From NCBI GenBank assembly GCA_973895155.1, contig OZ316899.1:1635573-1699572 (forward strand): DNA of 64,000 bases, written 5' to 3'. The stretch's first letter is position 1; every line of letters starts with the position of its first letter. The translations under genes were made by a program, and so were the position numbers. Below, in pieces: positions 33,159 through 45,647 of the stretch. Under the pieces are notes generated by a model. That model saw only the letters and a list, made by a program, of their open reading frames with translations. It had not been told where the DNA came from and ran no database searches. This DNA is from Marsupella aquatica. Taxonomy: Eukaryota > Plantae > Marchantiophyta.

Positions 33159-36100
33159 CTACCCTGAAGTGATCCACACATCTCTACGCTTCAGCCAAGC
33201 AATCCTCTCCCTGTTAATCATTTCTTTTGCTCTCAGTAATCGTGTTTTCCGGTTACAAGCAGGCAAAGCAGCCGAAACATGGTCTGCCGCCTTAGCCAAA
33301 ATGAATCGGAAATCAAGTTTCCTGCACCCAGCTACCTGGAACATGTGCTCATTACGCCCAAGCCACAATGCCCACAACATCTGGTACAACACTACCATCA
33401 TTACTATCTTGCCATGGTGTCTGCCTATCGCAGAGTCCAGCAGCCCAATCAGTCCACCAGCGTATCCCGCAAACATTCCTCCAAAACCCTGTGAGCATAG
33501 AGCCCAACACTTCTGTGCATGTGGGCAGTCCATGAACAGGTGCGCAATGGACTCAGTCCTTCCCGGACAAAGCTTACATTCCCCACTTCCTTTACCAATC
33601 TTAACAGCCCGCACCCCAGTGAACAGTCTCGATGCGATTACCCTCCACAGAAAGGTCTTTGCCCGCAAAGACATGCATGCCCCCCACAGACCGGCCCAGC
33701 ACCCCTTCCACTCCAGCTCAGACTTGTCGATGCCCCACGTCCTGTTCAAACTTTGCGCCTCCTCCAAAGCAGGTCTAAGTAGATGGTAGGCTCTCCGGTT
33801 GGGTAACTTAAAGCACTTCAAAGGGGCAGGGTTATCTGCCCAGCACCAGCAACCCGGTCCTGGTTCAAATCCCCAATCACATTGTGCAACTTCATATAAG
33901 GCATCCAAGAAGCACCGGCCAAGGGACAGGTGCTCAGGTGTGACTCCTCTCAAATGTTCCCATCTTCCTTCCATCCTTTTCCAATCCTGGCTGTCCTCCG
34001 ACCAAAGATCCTGTATACTTCTAATAACCAATCTCCCACAGAGCACCGTAGTAGCAGCCTTATCCTCATTGCTCCAAGATTGGAAACCTTTTAGACAGCG
34101 GAGTGCATCTCCAACAGACCACCTCCCCGGTAACCATCTCACAGGGCAAAAGATAAGATTAGATTGCATTCCTCCCAGGCCTTCCAAAGTCCCCCGGTGT
34201 AAACCAGTCCATGAAGCGCCCCCGGGTTGCAGAGCAGCGTCTTGTCCCGAAAAGAGTAATTGTTCCTTCGTAAACCCTTGTAGTTGTGCCACCCTATTAG
34301 CTTCAAATTTTCAGCAAATAAGCAGGCCCATTCAAACTCCGGGGAGTCAAGCGCTCCTGTAAACCATTTAGCTAGCAGCACATCAGAGTGGCACCTGAAG
34401 TCCTTGATCCCCAATCCCCCTTCCCCCAACGGGCGGGACAATCTGGCCCAAGAAACCAATGGCACCCGGCGACCCCCCTCCGCATTATAACCCATAAGAA
34501 ATCTCTGCACAATGCCGTCATTTTTCGTGCCAGCCCAGTGGAAGCTTTAAGAAACATGGAATGATAGATCGGTATGGCCTGTAAAATGTGTCTCACTAGC
34601 AGCGATCGTCCTGTGAATGTCAGGAGCTTGTTTGCCCATGAGGAAAGCCTCAGTCCAATTCTGTCCAGGACAAAACTGTGCAGCTGCTCCATCGATAGAT
34701 CCACCCCTAAGGGAGCCCCAAGATATTTCTACAGCTCCCCCCTCCCACTGATCACACATCCCGTGTCCCTGAGCCATCTCGGTACCACCCGCAGCACAAT
34801 CGGGATAATTATAGATTTCTTCAAGTTGAGTCGAGCCCCCGTGGCAGGTGTAAACATCCCCAAATCATCCGCAAAAAAACGGTAGCAGATTGTAAGTACC
34901 TCAGACACCTGAATCCCTGTCAGCCTACCCATTGCTATTTCTGCATCCATGAAATCCATAAGCGGCTACGTAGAAATTACGAATAGAAGCGGTGATAGGG
35001 GACATCCCTGTCTGACTCCCCTTTTCAGTCCTATCTCATTGGACAACATCCCATTTAAATATATCCTTGACGTTGCATTTGACAACAGTGCCCGAACTAG
35101 TTTAATAAAATGGCTACCAATGCCAAGTAGATGCATCGTCTCCCATATGTACTCCTGGTCTACTCTATCAAACGCCTTTTTGAAATCTAGCTTTAGGAAT
35201 AGCGCCTCCTGCTTCCTATTTTTCAGCCAATCAAAAGTTAGCCAGGCCAACGAAATATTTTCCAAAATATTTCGCCCGGGGATGAAGCCAGTCTGCTGCG
35301 GGCTAATAAGTTGTGGTAGAACCTTAATCAGTCGCAGAGCCAATATTTTTGCAATCAGCTTGTAAATGGTGTTCAGCATAGTTAAGGGTCTCCAATCCTT
35401 CAACATCCTCTTATCCGGCTTCTTTGGTATGAGCTTAATCGACCCCTCCTTAATACCGCATGCCAGCTTCCCAGTCAGCCAAAACTCCTGTATCATGGCG
35501 ATCAGATCCTCATTCATAAATTCCCAACACGCCTGGTAAACCTCCACCAAAAGTCCATCCGGGCCAGGGGCTTTATCTTTCGGGAGTGCCCAAAGTACTT
35601 CTTGGATTTCCTTAGCACTTGGCAGCCCTTCAAGCCTAGCATTCTCCGCAGTGGATAAAGAGGCCCAAGTGTGCTCCAGCAGTCTACTGTGCTCTCGTAG
35701 GATAATTCCCTTCTCATGCGTAGAGGGAGCCCCGGGGGAATAAAGCTCAAGGCACACCCTCTCAACTTCCCTCATTATCATCCCCGCATCAGTGATCACC
35801 GTCCCTCCCTCTAGCGTTAAGCTTTTCATAGCCTCCCGTGCACGTTTGGCCTTTACCGTTGCAAAGTAGAATCGGGAGGGCTCCTCACCCTCCCCCAGCC
35901 ATTTAATTCTTGCTAGTCGTCTTACTCGATGTGCCTCCTCTAATTCCACTACATGTAATATGTCTTTCGTTGCAATGTATTCCTGTAATTCACTATCTGA
36001 GCTTTCTTCCATTATTGCCACCTTAAGCAGCCGCAGCTGATTACAAAGAAGCAGCATCTCCACCTCCCGCTCCTTGGGTGATGCCTGTTTTGCCATGTAG

Positions 36101-37016
36101 GCTCGTCTCAAATTCCTACTAGCCTTGTCAAACGCCAATATTGGTTCATCGCCCTCGCCTTTCCCCTCATTCCAAGCCACTTTTAGAGTCTCCACGGTAC
36201 CTTCCACCAGCACAAGTGCCGGATTAGCCCTAAAGAGTCTAATCCAAACCCGATTGTTGTCTCCCCCAAGACCCCTCGCCAGTCGCACACCTACCACAAT
36301 AGGGTCATGGTCCGAAAGGGCTGAACCTTTGTCATGCTCAAGCTCCAGTAGTTGTTCGATCCACTCCCCATTATCACTGAAATAAAACCTGTCCAGTCAG
36401 GATTGTACCATTATCCCGTTTCTATTCCAACGCCAGGTAAAGCATGCTCCAGTTACTGCCCCCTTCATAAGGATTGCATCCAACAAATTAAATATCACCT
36501 TAAAGAATCGCCAAAACTCAGCTTCTCAGCCCCGGATAAAGGGCGAGCTCCCAGTGGAGTCAACTCGCCTCTTGGTCATATTGAAGTCCCCACAAACAAT
36601 CCAGTTTGCCTTGGCAACAGTATCTTTAGTTCATTCCATAGAATTGCTCTCCGTCAAGGAGAATTGGGAGCGTACATGCTCACAATTCCAAAATTGCACT
36701 GTTCATACTCCACGAGCGCCCATGCTGTGCATCCGAGATTGACCACTCCAGATGCTACCACTTTAATGTCAGGGTGTAACATAAGGGAAGTACCTCCCCG
36801 TCCCTCCTCCGGTATAGACGTGACACAACGATACGAAGGCAGGATTGCTCTCAACGCAATGTCCAGCCTGAACCAATCTACTTTAATTTCTTGCAGTGCT
36901 AGAATGTCCAGCCTGTCCTTCCTCGATTCAATCCAGTTTTTCACCGCAGTCTTTCTGTTGGGCTCACACAGCCCACACACATTCCAGGAGGCAGCCCTGA
37001 GCAGCATCCCACCCAT
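33159..37016 (-). pseudogene. LINE ORF2: APE endonuclease, reverse transcriptase and zf-RVT; several stops and frameshifts
   Basis: SWNVCGL...LALQE; KAPGPDG, WRPLTMLN, KLDFKKAFD, GVRQGCPLSP, FADD; FLWRV...CKLC...ESIAHLFMDC. Confidence 0.93.
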
Positions 37017-37048
37017 TTAAGTCGGTCCCCCCTCAATTCTCTTCGAGC

Positions 37049-38820
37049 TTACAGACGTACCCGCCCTCCCGATGGCATACCCAAATCGGTGCTGCCGCTG
37101 CTACGTCTTGGCGTTGCAATATCCATGTCCCTTGTCTCCTCCATCACTAAGTCCGCCAAGTGGGGAGAAGCCCGCTCCATTTCCCCCCCTTCATCAGTGC
37201 CGATTGGAGTAGCAATATCCACCGTTAGTTGATCCCGCACCGCCCCAAGTGCCCGCAACTTTCCGATCCCTACATCAGGCACAGATGACAATGAGAAAGT
37301 GAGGGAGCGTTGCTTTTTAGCCTCTTGAGGAGCACGATCCTTCTTAGTAATTGGAGGTGTCCTCTTGTCCAGCTTCCTGGCTCTCTCCTTTCCTTTACCA
37401 GATACATACTCTTCATATTCTGACATATCAGCATCCGTGTCCCCGTGATATGAATAGGCTTCTGGGTCCGCACCATCCCCCTCACTGGGTGATTCAATCA
37501 AATCAGTAATTGTAGAGACAGCCATCCTAGCAGGCGCAAAGCTTTGTACCCCCGCATCAAGCACCCCGGATGGTAGTGTAGTAAGCGCAACCAATTCCGC
37601 TGCCCCCCCGTCTCTGCAAGGTGGCAGCATCAGCAGGTCGCCTTCTCCCTGGTCTACTCCTTTAGAAATGCTTAATTGCCCGTTCCCAACACTAGTAACC
37701 TCTGGCACGGCAGCAGCTTCCTCTCGCATCAGTGATTCCACCGCTAGTATATCCGCAGTTACCGTATTATCCTCCCTGGTAGCCACCACCTCCGCACCCA
37801 ATCTCACCCGAAGATTCATTGCTAGTTGGCTCCTCAACACCTCCTCCGGGTCTCCTTCTACTGTCTCATCCAACTCCTCCGGGGTGTCATCCGCTGCCTC
37901 CCCCTTGTTCTCCTGATCAGCCTCCGCAACAACATTCCGACCTTCCCTGCATTCCCGGGCCAAATGCCCTTTCTTATTGCACTTAAAGCAATGGAAAGGA
38001 ATGTTCTTAAACAGGATGGGTTGCCAGATAATTATATCCTCCCTAATTTTGACTCGTGCACTTTGAGGTACTTCACGTTCAGTATCCCAGAGGATACAGG
38101 CCCTGTTGTGCGGGTAGGAACTATAATCATCGCCTCGGATGTAATGCAACAGCTTTCCCAGTGATTCTGCAATCTTTATCCTGCATCCTTCAAGTACTAG
38201 CGCTTGAAAAGGAAGCTCAATCCATACTGGTAACTTAGTAAATTTTGCAGACCTTATATCAAATGAAGGGTCCCAGGGGAAGGTAAATACTAATTTCCGC
38301 TCCATGAACCACGGTGCACACTCTAAATCCAAATCCCGATGCTCTACCTTTTCAAATACAATCATATAGAAAATTTTCCCAACGAATTTCACCTACATCA
38401 CCGGCCAGCCTTGCCTCTCTACCATCCAGTCTTCCACCCATGCCCGGAATGTTGGCAGCATCGGAGTCCAGTCAGTAAAATAGCACAGCATTGCACAGTT
38501 GTACAACTGCCTTACATTGCACGCTGCTTCCTCAAGACTCCAGTCCACCGTGGTGAATAGCTTAGAGCTCCAATCACCTTTTGTGTTGTCCGCGATCTCC
38601 TTTAAAATGTTAATACATTTATCCGAGACCCCTTCCCTTTCCCGTCCATCTGCTTTCTCCTGTATTTCACGCTCAGTCGGGGCCCTAATCTCGACCAGTT
38701 GAGGTCCAATGGCCTGAGGTCCTGCACCAGGGGTTCTGGCAGGTTTAGCATCGTGCTCAATAGCCCTACTCTTTGCCGGGCCCGGTGTGATCTCGCTGTC
38801 TCTCGCCTTCCTAGGCTCAT
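37049..38820 (-). pseudogene. LINE ORF1 (DUF4283-like region plus CCHC knuckle), disrupted upstream of 38392
   Basis: APWFMERKLVFTFPWDPSF...PVWIELP and CFKCNKKGHLAREC; homologous to 59286..61067. Confidence 0.88.
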
Positions 38821-40499
38821 TCCTGTTCTCTTGTGGCTCCTTTAAGTCCGATAGGCGCTTGCGCGCCTAATCCAAATTGGCATACAAGTCAAAGGGTTGT
38901 TGGGCCACAAAAAAAGGCCGGCGGCCAGGAGCATCCCGGGCCCCCCGGGCAAGGTGTGCAATCGAGCTACGTGAGTCCTGCCTGCTATATCTTGCATTAT
39001 CCTCCCCTATCGACTCCATAATTTAAGCAGTGATTTCAGATGGTACTTAGAGTAGAGGGTTCCTTCTCACCTCTCAATCCGCCCTTCCTTCCTGGTGTCA
39101 GCAAAGTCCCTCCACCCCTGTCCCGTAAGTTGCTACTTTGTAATCTCCCCATTAGTCAGCCTTTCATTCTTCCCTTCCTCGCGCCAATAGCAGGTCCCCA
39201 CAGTGAGTGCCTCCTGCCCACCGCTTCTACTTCCCCTTTTTTGCCTTGTGGGTCTTCCAATCTGCCCTTTAACTTTTCCTTTCCCAATCTATCCCTGTTA
39301 CTAAGTCAGATTCATGCCGCTGCGCTTGGCTTCTAAGGCCCACTGCCCTTGCTCTCCGCTATTTACTTCAGATTTTGATCTCTTACTTTGCCCTGTCTTA
39401 CCCTGTTGTCAGTGACAATGGTATTACCGTCAATTCCCTCAGGTCCTCAAAACTAATTCCCCCCAGCTCCCTATACGTGGGTCACCAGTCAGCAATCATG
39501 ATCTCAGTTGTCAGTCCCGTATCTTGTTGCGCCTCCGACCTTACAAATGAAGTCAAGATCCAGATCCCGTCACGGCCGTGCTTACCCCTTCCTAGTGTAA
39601 TTAGGTTCCACGACCCCTAATCCAAATCACTTGCTCAGCGATGGCTCTTGACTTCCTCTCTCTTAGTGTACGCAAAATCATAGGGAAAAGAGGCGGAACG
39701 AAGCAAAATCTCCATTACTTCCGCCACCCACCCTAAATCGCCAAAGCAACCCCCTGAAGAAAGGTAAACATCTCCAAATAACGCCCCGCAATTGCCAGCC
39801 AACTCTCAATGTGTAGAACCGAACAAAGTTCAGCAACCTTCCATCCGCCACCTTATACTTCCTCCGCCCTTGGAATAGCGCCGCCCCGCGTCCTTCCTGA
39901 TCGCTGCTAATCAATCTTACAAGCTGTAATCCGAATCCGCTTCCTAATGCCGCACCTCCCTAAGTAAGATTATCTCTTCAAATAGATGTAGTGGGTCATG
40001 CGCAAGGCTCCAGCGGTCACATCTACCAGCAGCACCGACCCTAAACCATGCCAGTCCTTCCTACTTTTTCATTTAGCTTTCTTCTCCAAGCATCCCTTCC
40101 ATCGCTTCCACCTGCATTCGCAAAAGTTACACCCCCCTAAACAGGAGTAAGCATCTTAGCACCCAGTCAACTATCAATCGTAACGCTCATCCACAAGACC
40201 AGATTTGAGTACACCCAGTACACCTTCAGCTCCGTCAGTTTCCCTTCAGTCAACTTTGCGTCCGTTCATAAAGACCTTTCTTATCCCTTGTCACTTGCTT
40301 ACAACTCAGTAATCTTCCATTCCACTATCTTTCCTATTCTACCTACTTAAGTTCCTAAAACCTAGTTACTCCGATAGCACTTAAAACATCTTTCTTACTA
40401 TTCCTTGTTCAAAAAGCAAAAAAATGACAAGTTTCTTACATAAACCTATATCGAGCCATTCCACAACTAAGTATTTCGTGATCCTGGCAAGGCATCACA

Positions 40500-43400
40500 T
40501 AGCTCCCCACTGAATTGTGAAGCGTCCTCGCGAACATCTTCAAATTCATACATGTAGTATTTTTTAAGCCTATCATAATGTACTCTTACAGGGTATATCT
40601 CACCTGTGATATTTGCTAATTGAACTGACCCATTAGAGAACATCATTTCCACCTTATAACCAACGAGTGTAAAGCTTCCCTGGAAATTTTGCGTACCTAT
40701 TGTCGTAAAGTAACACAAGATCTCCAGTTTGGATACAGATTGGCCTTAACTTTTATCATATTGCTGCTTCATTAGTGTTTGACGATACTTCAGTCTTTCT
40801 GATGCTATTAATCTGGCTTCCTCCAATCCCTCCAGTTGGTACAACCTTGCTTCCTACTCTCTACCTCATTTAGACGGTCTTGTATGGTAACACGATATGT
40901 GGGAACCTCCAATTCTATTGGCACCAAGGCCTCCTGCCCAAATGTTAGGAAATAAGGTGTGTGTCCTGTGGTTGTTTTGTAAGCCAAATTGTAAGCAAAA
41001 ATAGCAGCATACAGCTTATCATCCCAATCGTCCTTGTGCTCTGATACTGTCTTATTCAGTATCTTACCAATGATTCCATTTGCTCTTTCGGTAAGTCCAT
41101 TGGCCTTCGCATGGTAGGGAGTTGTAGGCCGATGCCGAACCAAGTATTGCTCATTAAGCCGTCCGACAACATCATTCAGAAAATGAGTCCCCCAATCACT
41201 GACTAGCTCTAGAGGTGCCCCATAATGAGTAAAGATCTGCTTGTATAAAAATCGAGCAGTTGTAACAGCATCATCCTTCATCGTCGGCCTAGCCTCTACC
41301 CATTTGGTCGCATAATCAATGGCCAGGATGATGTACTTATTCCTCCAAGGATAAGTTTATGGCTTCAGAGGCCCAATGTAATCAATGCCCCATTTTTCAA
41401 ATGTGGCAAGGGGTAAAACTAGATGCAATGGATTCTACTGGCAGCCCGTGGTCCCCCCGCCCTTTGGCAAGGATCACATTCCCTAATGAATTTATGGACA
41501 TCCTTGTGCAGAGTCGGCCACCAGTAACCGGCATCCAATACCTTGCGGGTAGTCACTACTGGTGCAAAATGCCCTCCTGCCTCCTCTCCATGCATTGCTT
41601 CCATTACTTTCCGGGCATCATCTTTCTCTAAACATTGCTGGAGCTTACCAAATGCTCCCATCCAATGCAACACCCCATGAATGGTCTGGTAGCGAGCTGC
41701 CTTCCGTAAGAAGACCGCCTGTTGTTCTCTGGTCCAAGCCCTATTCAACCTTGCTGTACCAAGTAGTCGAATCCTTGTCTTGAAATAACTCCTCATCCGG
41801 AAATCGGTCGTCAATGCAATCTGATGCCGGGTTACAGGGTATCCTGGAGAAGAAATCTGCATTTGCGAGTAACTTCCCAGGTTTAACCCTTAATTCATAA
41901 TCGAATTCCTCCAATAGCAATATCCATTGGGCCACTCGTCCTGTAAGATCCGGCTTGTTTACTAGGTACTTCAAACTTTCATGATCTGTATGAAAGATCA
42001 CCCGGTAACCTAATAAGTAGTGTCAAAAAAAATTACAGGAGTAGATGACCCCCAACGCTTCCCTCTCCGTTGTTGAGTAGTTTTGCTTGGCTACAGCTAA
42101 CTGTCGGCTTGCAAAATAGATGGGGTGATCCTTCCCCTTGTCATCTAACTGGCTTAAAATAGAGCCGATGCGGAATCTTGATACATCCACAAATACATGG
42201 AAATCCTTATTCCAATCAGGTGCCATCATGACAGGTGCTTCTACCAGTTTTTGCTTCAACTGTATCACAGCCATAACTCGTTCAGGTGTTGGTTTGAAGT
42301 CTGAACTTGTTTTGAGCATGTTGGTTAATGGCAGCGCTAGTTTTTCACAATCTTGGATAAACCTTCGATAGTAACCAATACAACCCAAGAAATATCTGAC
42401 ATCTTTTATATTCCTGGGTTGCATGATATCCAACCAAACTGCCAATTTTCCTTTATCAATTTCAATACCCTTCTTGGATACCTTGTGACCAAGCAAGACC
42501 CCTTGAGTTACTCCAAAGAAACATTTATCTAGATGTAGCTTCAATCCCACCTGTCTGCATCTTTCAAAGGTTCTTTGTAAGTACTTGGCATGTTTGGACG
42601 CCTTCCCAAACACAACAATATCATCGATGAATATCTCCAGAAACTTCCGGAGGTAATCATGAAACATGTTAACCATCAACCTTTGGAACATAGCTGGTGC
42701 ATTACATAATCCGAAAGGCATCCAGTTAAACACATAGATTCCCCACTCAATAATGAAAGCAGTTTTGATCTGATCCTCCTGCCTAATTCTGATTTGATTA
42801 TATCCAGAGTAGCCATCCATGAAAGAATACAACTCATGGCTGGCTACAGTGTCTAACACCATATCAGTAAAAGGTAAAGGAAAGTGATCCTTTAAAGTGG
42901 CATCGTTCAGCTTCCTGTAATCCTGGCAAACCCTTATCTTTGGTTTGCCATCCGGTCCTGCCTTCTTGGGTACAATGACAATAGGAGACACCCAGTCCGA
43001 ATGGAGAACTGGCGTAATGAAGCCGGCCTCCACCAACTTGTCAATTTCTGCTTTTACCAACAAAAAATACTTTGGATTCATCCTCCTCGTTGGTTGCCGA
43101 AACAATTGGCTCCCAACATAAGGTCAATCCGATGCTCCCCCAATTTTGGGTCCACTCCTTGTAAATCAAGGTGACTCCAAGCAAAAACATCCTGGTATTC
43201 CACAAGTAACTCACTGATCTCCTTTTCAATTTCGGGAGCAAGATTTACCTCCCGACCCTCACCCAACTTGAGCTTCCTGTATTGCTTTGATTGAATCATG
43301 TTGATTTGCTTCTTTAGATTTGGATCTAGGTCTGCTTCCAACCTGGCCAACCTCATTCCTCCATATAGTGGAATTTTGGGCTCCGTGGTTGTTTCTATCA

Positions 43401-44039
43401 CCTTCGCTGTTGTCTCCCCACTGGAAGAAGTAGCTTCTTCAATGATGGTGTTGATCTCCACTGGAGTAGATCCGTTTGGCTTCAGCTTCCCTTTTAGCCT
43501 TAGCATTTTCAACCTCATATTTTTGGTAGCCGGTCGACATCTTAGTCCGCTTGGAACAATTGACTCCAAACTCACCTTATTTATTGTGACAGCAGGTACT
43601 CCCTCTCAAATTGATTGCAACGCCTCTTGATTCGTCTGCGTAGCTGCCTGGTCTGCCGAGTGAGTCTTTGTAATTGGAGTGACCTTTTCATCAACCAGCG
43701 CTGCCGACTCCGGCCACTGTGCCACAGCGCTTGATGAAAGTCCACCATCTTGGCGTTGGGATCCTTTGATAGAACAAGTTCCTCCACTTGAACCTGTGAT
43801 TCGGTTTCTTTATCCATGATAATTGATTCCAAAAAGGCGGCCTCAATTGCAAAGCAGCTGTCAGCCGGGACTTCCTGAAATTCTGAATTGCCTTCCTCTA
43901 TGATGGGTTCCATCCAACTCTTCCTTGCTAACATTAGTGGAATTGAAATGGGCTCTTCCTCAATTTCTGGAACGATTGGCCGCATGGAATCTATGTCTCC
44001 CATCCAAAGTCCACTGGGGGGTGTATCAGGTCCAAACAC
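40500..44039 (-). pseudogene. pol: Element D pol (pre-RT linker, RT, RNase H, integrase), disrupted
   Basis: Track ORFs 43078..43575, 42023..43105, 41741..42001, 41419..41862, 40808..41281 and 40467..40718, all homologous to element A pol. Confidence 0.9.
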
Positions 44040-44058
44040 ACTTGCTTTTGTTACCCTT

Positions 44059-45647
44059 GTTTCTTTCTTTCTTTGGCAGTCATTTTCCTCTCTACCAGTT
44101 GAATACTTGCATATGGGTTATTACGAGTAGGCTGTCGCAACGGATTTCTCACCACATCATATGTTACCACCTCTGGTTCCTTGAGAGGGGAATTCTCTCG
44201 TCCCTGGACTGCTTGTATTGCCGGCCTCTTCTCTTGTCGTCGCTTGTTTAGGGGCAGCTTGTCCCCCTCCTCCACTCGTGCTGTAATTGGCATCCTCTTC
44301 TGTAGTGGTAACACGGGTGCAAAAAACTAGCTTCTTGCATATTGGCAAAGTAATTGCAGATGGTACCCTAGTCTGGATACCGCTCCTTCCCCAATACTCT
44401 GCTTCTCCTCATTCAATGCCTTCTTTAACTGCATTAAAAGATAGCCATTGTAGTCTCGGCTTGAATCGATATTCTCCACCAAAAATACCTGGGCTTTGCC
44501 GATCTCTGCTCTTGGCAATGTGCAGTGTAGTGTGACTTGTAAGAAATCAATCAACTGCCCCACATGTGGATTAGTGCATTGATTTCTAAAGAACCCATTC
44601 TTAGTAGAGGGCCCTGGAAATGATCGGAATTGATTATCCAGCAATGTCTTTCGCTGCTCCACCTTAGTTTTATTCCCTTGTGGAAGAGCAAAGACAGCTT
44701 CAATTAGTGCTGGCATTAATTCCACCACCTTCCCATACATCAGTGTTGTGTTAGAAGAAGCCTCCCACCATCCTATGAAGTCTAACAGATCTTTGTTTGG
44801 TATGTCAATTAACTGCCATGGTAACCGAATGAATCCCTCTAAGCCGGTGTCGTTCATGTATCCAAAATACTTGTTATCCTGGATAGCACAGAAGACCTCA
44901 TCTTCTTCTCGTGCAAACTGTAGTTGTAAGTCGGCAGGTAGCTTATCCGCCCAACCCGTCATAAACTTATCCTCCACTGCCCTATCACAAACTGGCACTG
45001 CTTCAGCCTTGGCCTGCCTCTCCGATCGATTCCGCTTAGCTGGTGTTGCAGACGCCGACTACCTTTACGCTTCATCTCTTCAGTTCCTGAGAACTCTCCA
45101 AGAATGGCTTCTTTGGACCAAGCCGAAGTGTGACCCTTCAACTCCCACACCAGCTGTCCAGCGTTCTTAATCGCCTCCCGAATTCCAACGACTTGATTCT
45201 CTCTGATCAGCAACTCGTCAAGCTCACTGGTGGGAATCCATACAAATTTCTCAAGTACCTCCTCCATTCCCACAAACGCTGTCTTATGAATTCCCCATAA
45301 CCACGCAAGCTCCGCCTGTTCCCTTGCTGCTCGTTCCGGCTTGACGTCTTCGTAGGTTGGTATGAGTTGCCGTGCTTCTTCAAGCAAACAGCCCCACAAC
45401 TCGGCCGCTTGATTCACCGTGGTCATTCCACCAAAAGAAAAAGGAGCTTGAATAATTCCCTAACCATCTCCCTCGATCGATCGGCAACTGCTTCCGCGGT
45501 CCTAGGTTGATCAAACAAGCAAATGAGCAAGTGTACAGAGTGTCGGTTCCCTCCCTACAAAGCCGCCTCTTGATAGCTTGCCTGATCAAGCCCGGATTAG
45601 GTCATAACCCTAATCTTGCTCAATCGTGACCGTTGGATCTTACCTTA
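44059..45647 (-). mobile_element. Fragment C' of a C-family coding LTR with part of the accessory ORF
   Basis: Near-identical to ~28298-29885. The left junction to D falls in a (TTTC)n tract; the right end is cut by element E. Confidence 0.85.

Larger units (their letters stand above)
32933..40265 (-). mobile_element. Full-length L1-clade LINE (7333 bp) inserted into the D LTR
   Basis: 17-bp TSD TCATAAAGACCTTTCTT at 32916-32932 and 40266-40282; ORF1 and ORF2 present; ~1.4-kb 5' leader. Confidence 0.92.
32905..44058 (-). mobile_element. Element D: 5'-truncated Athila-like Gypsy (pol, PPT and a 3' LTR interrupted by a LINE)
   Basis: RT/RNase H 42023..43105 (FIDD, FVDVSRFRIG), integrase ~40550-41860, PPT at 40503-40510. 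The LTR starts TGTGATGCC at 40499 and probably ends at 32905 (GGGGCATACA). Confidence 0.85.
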
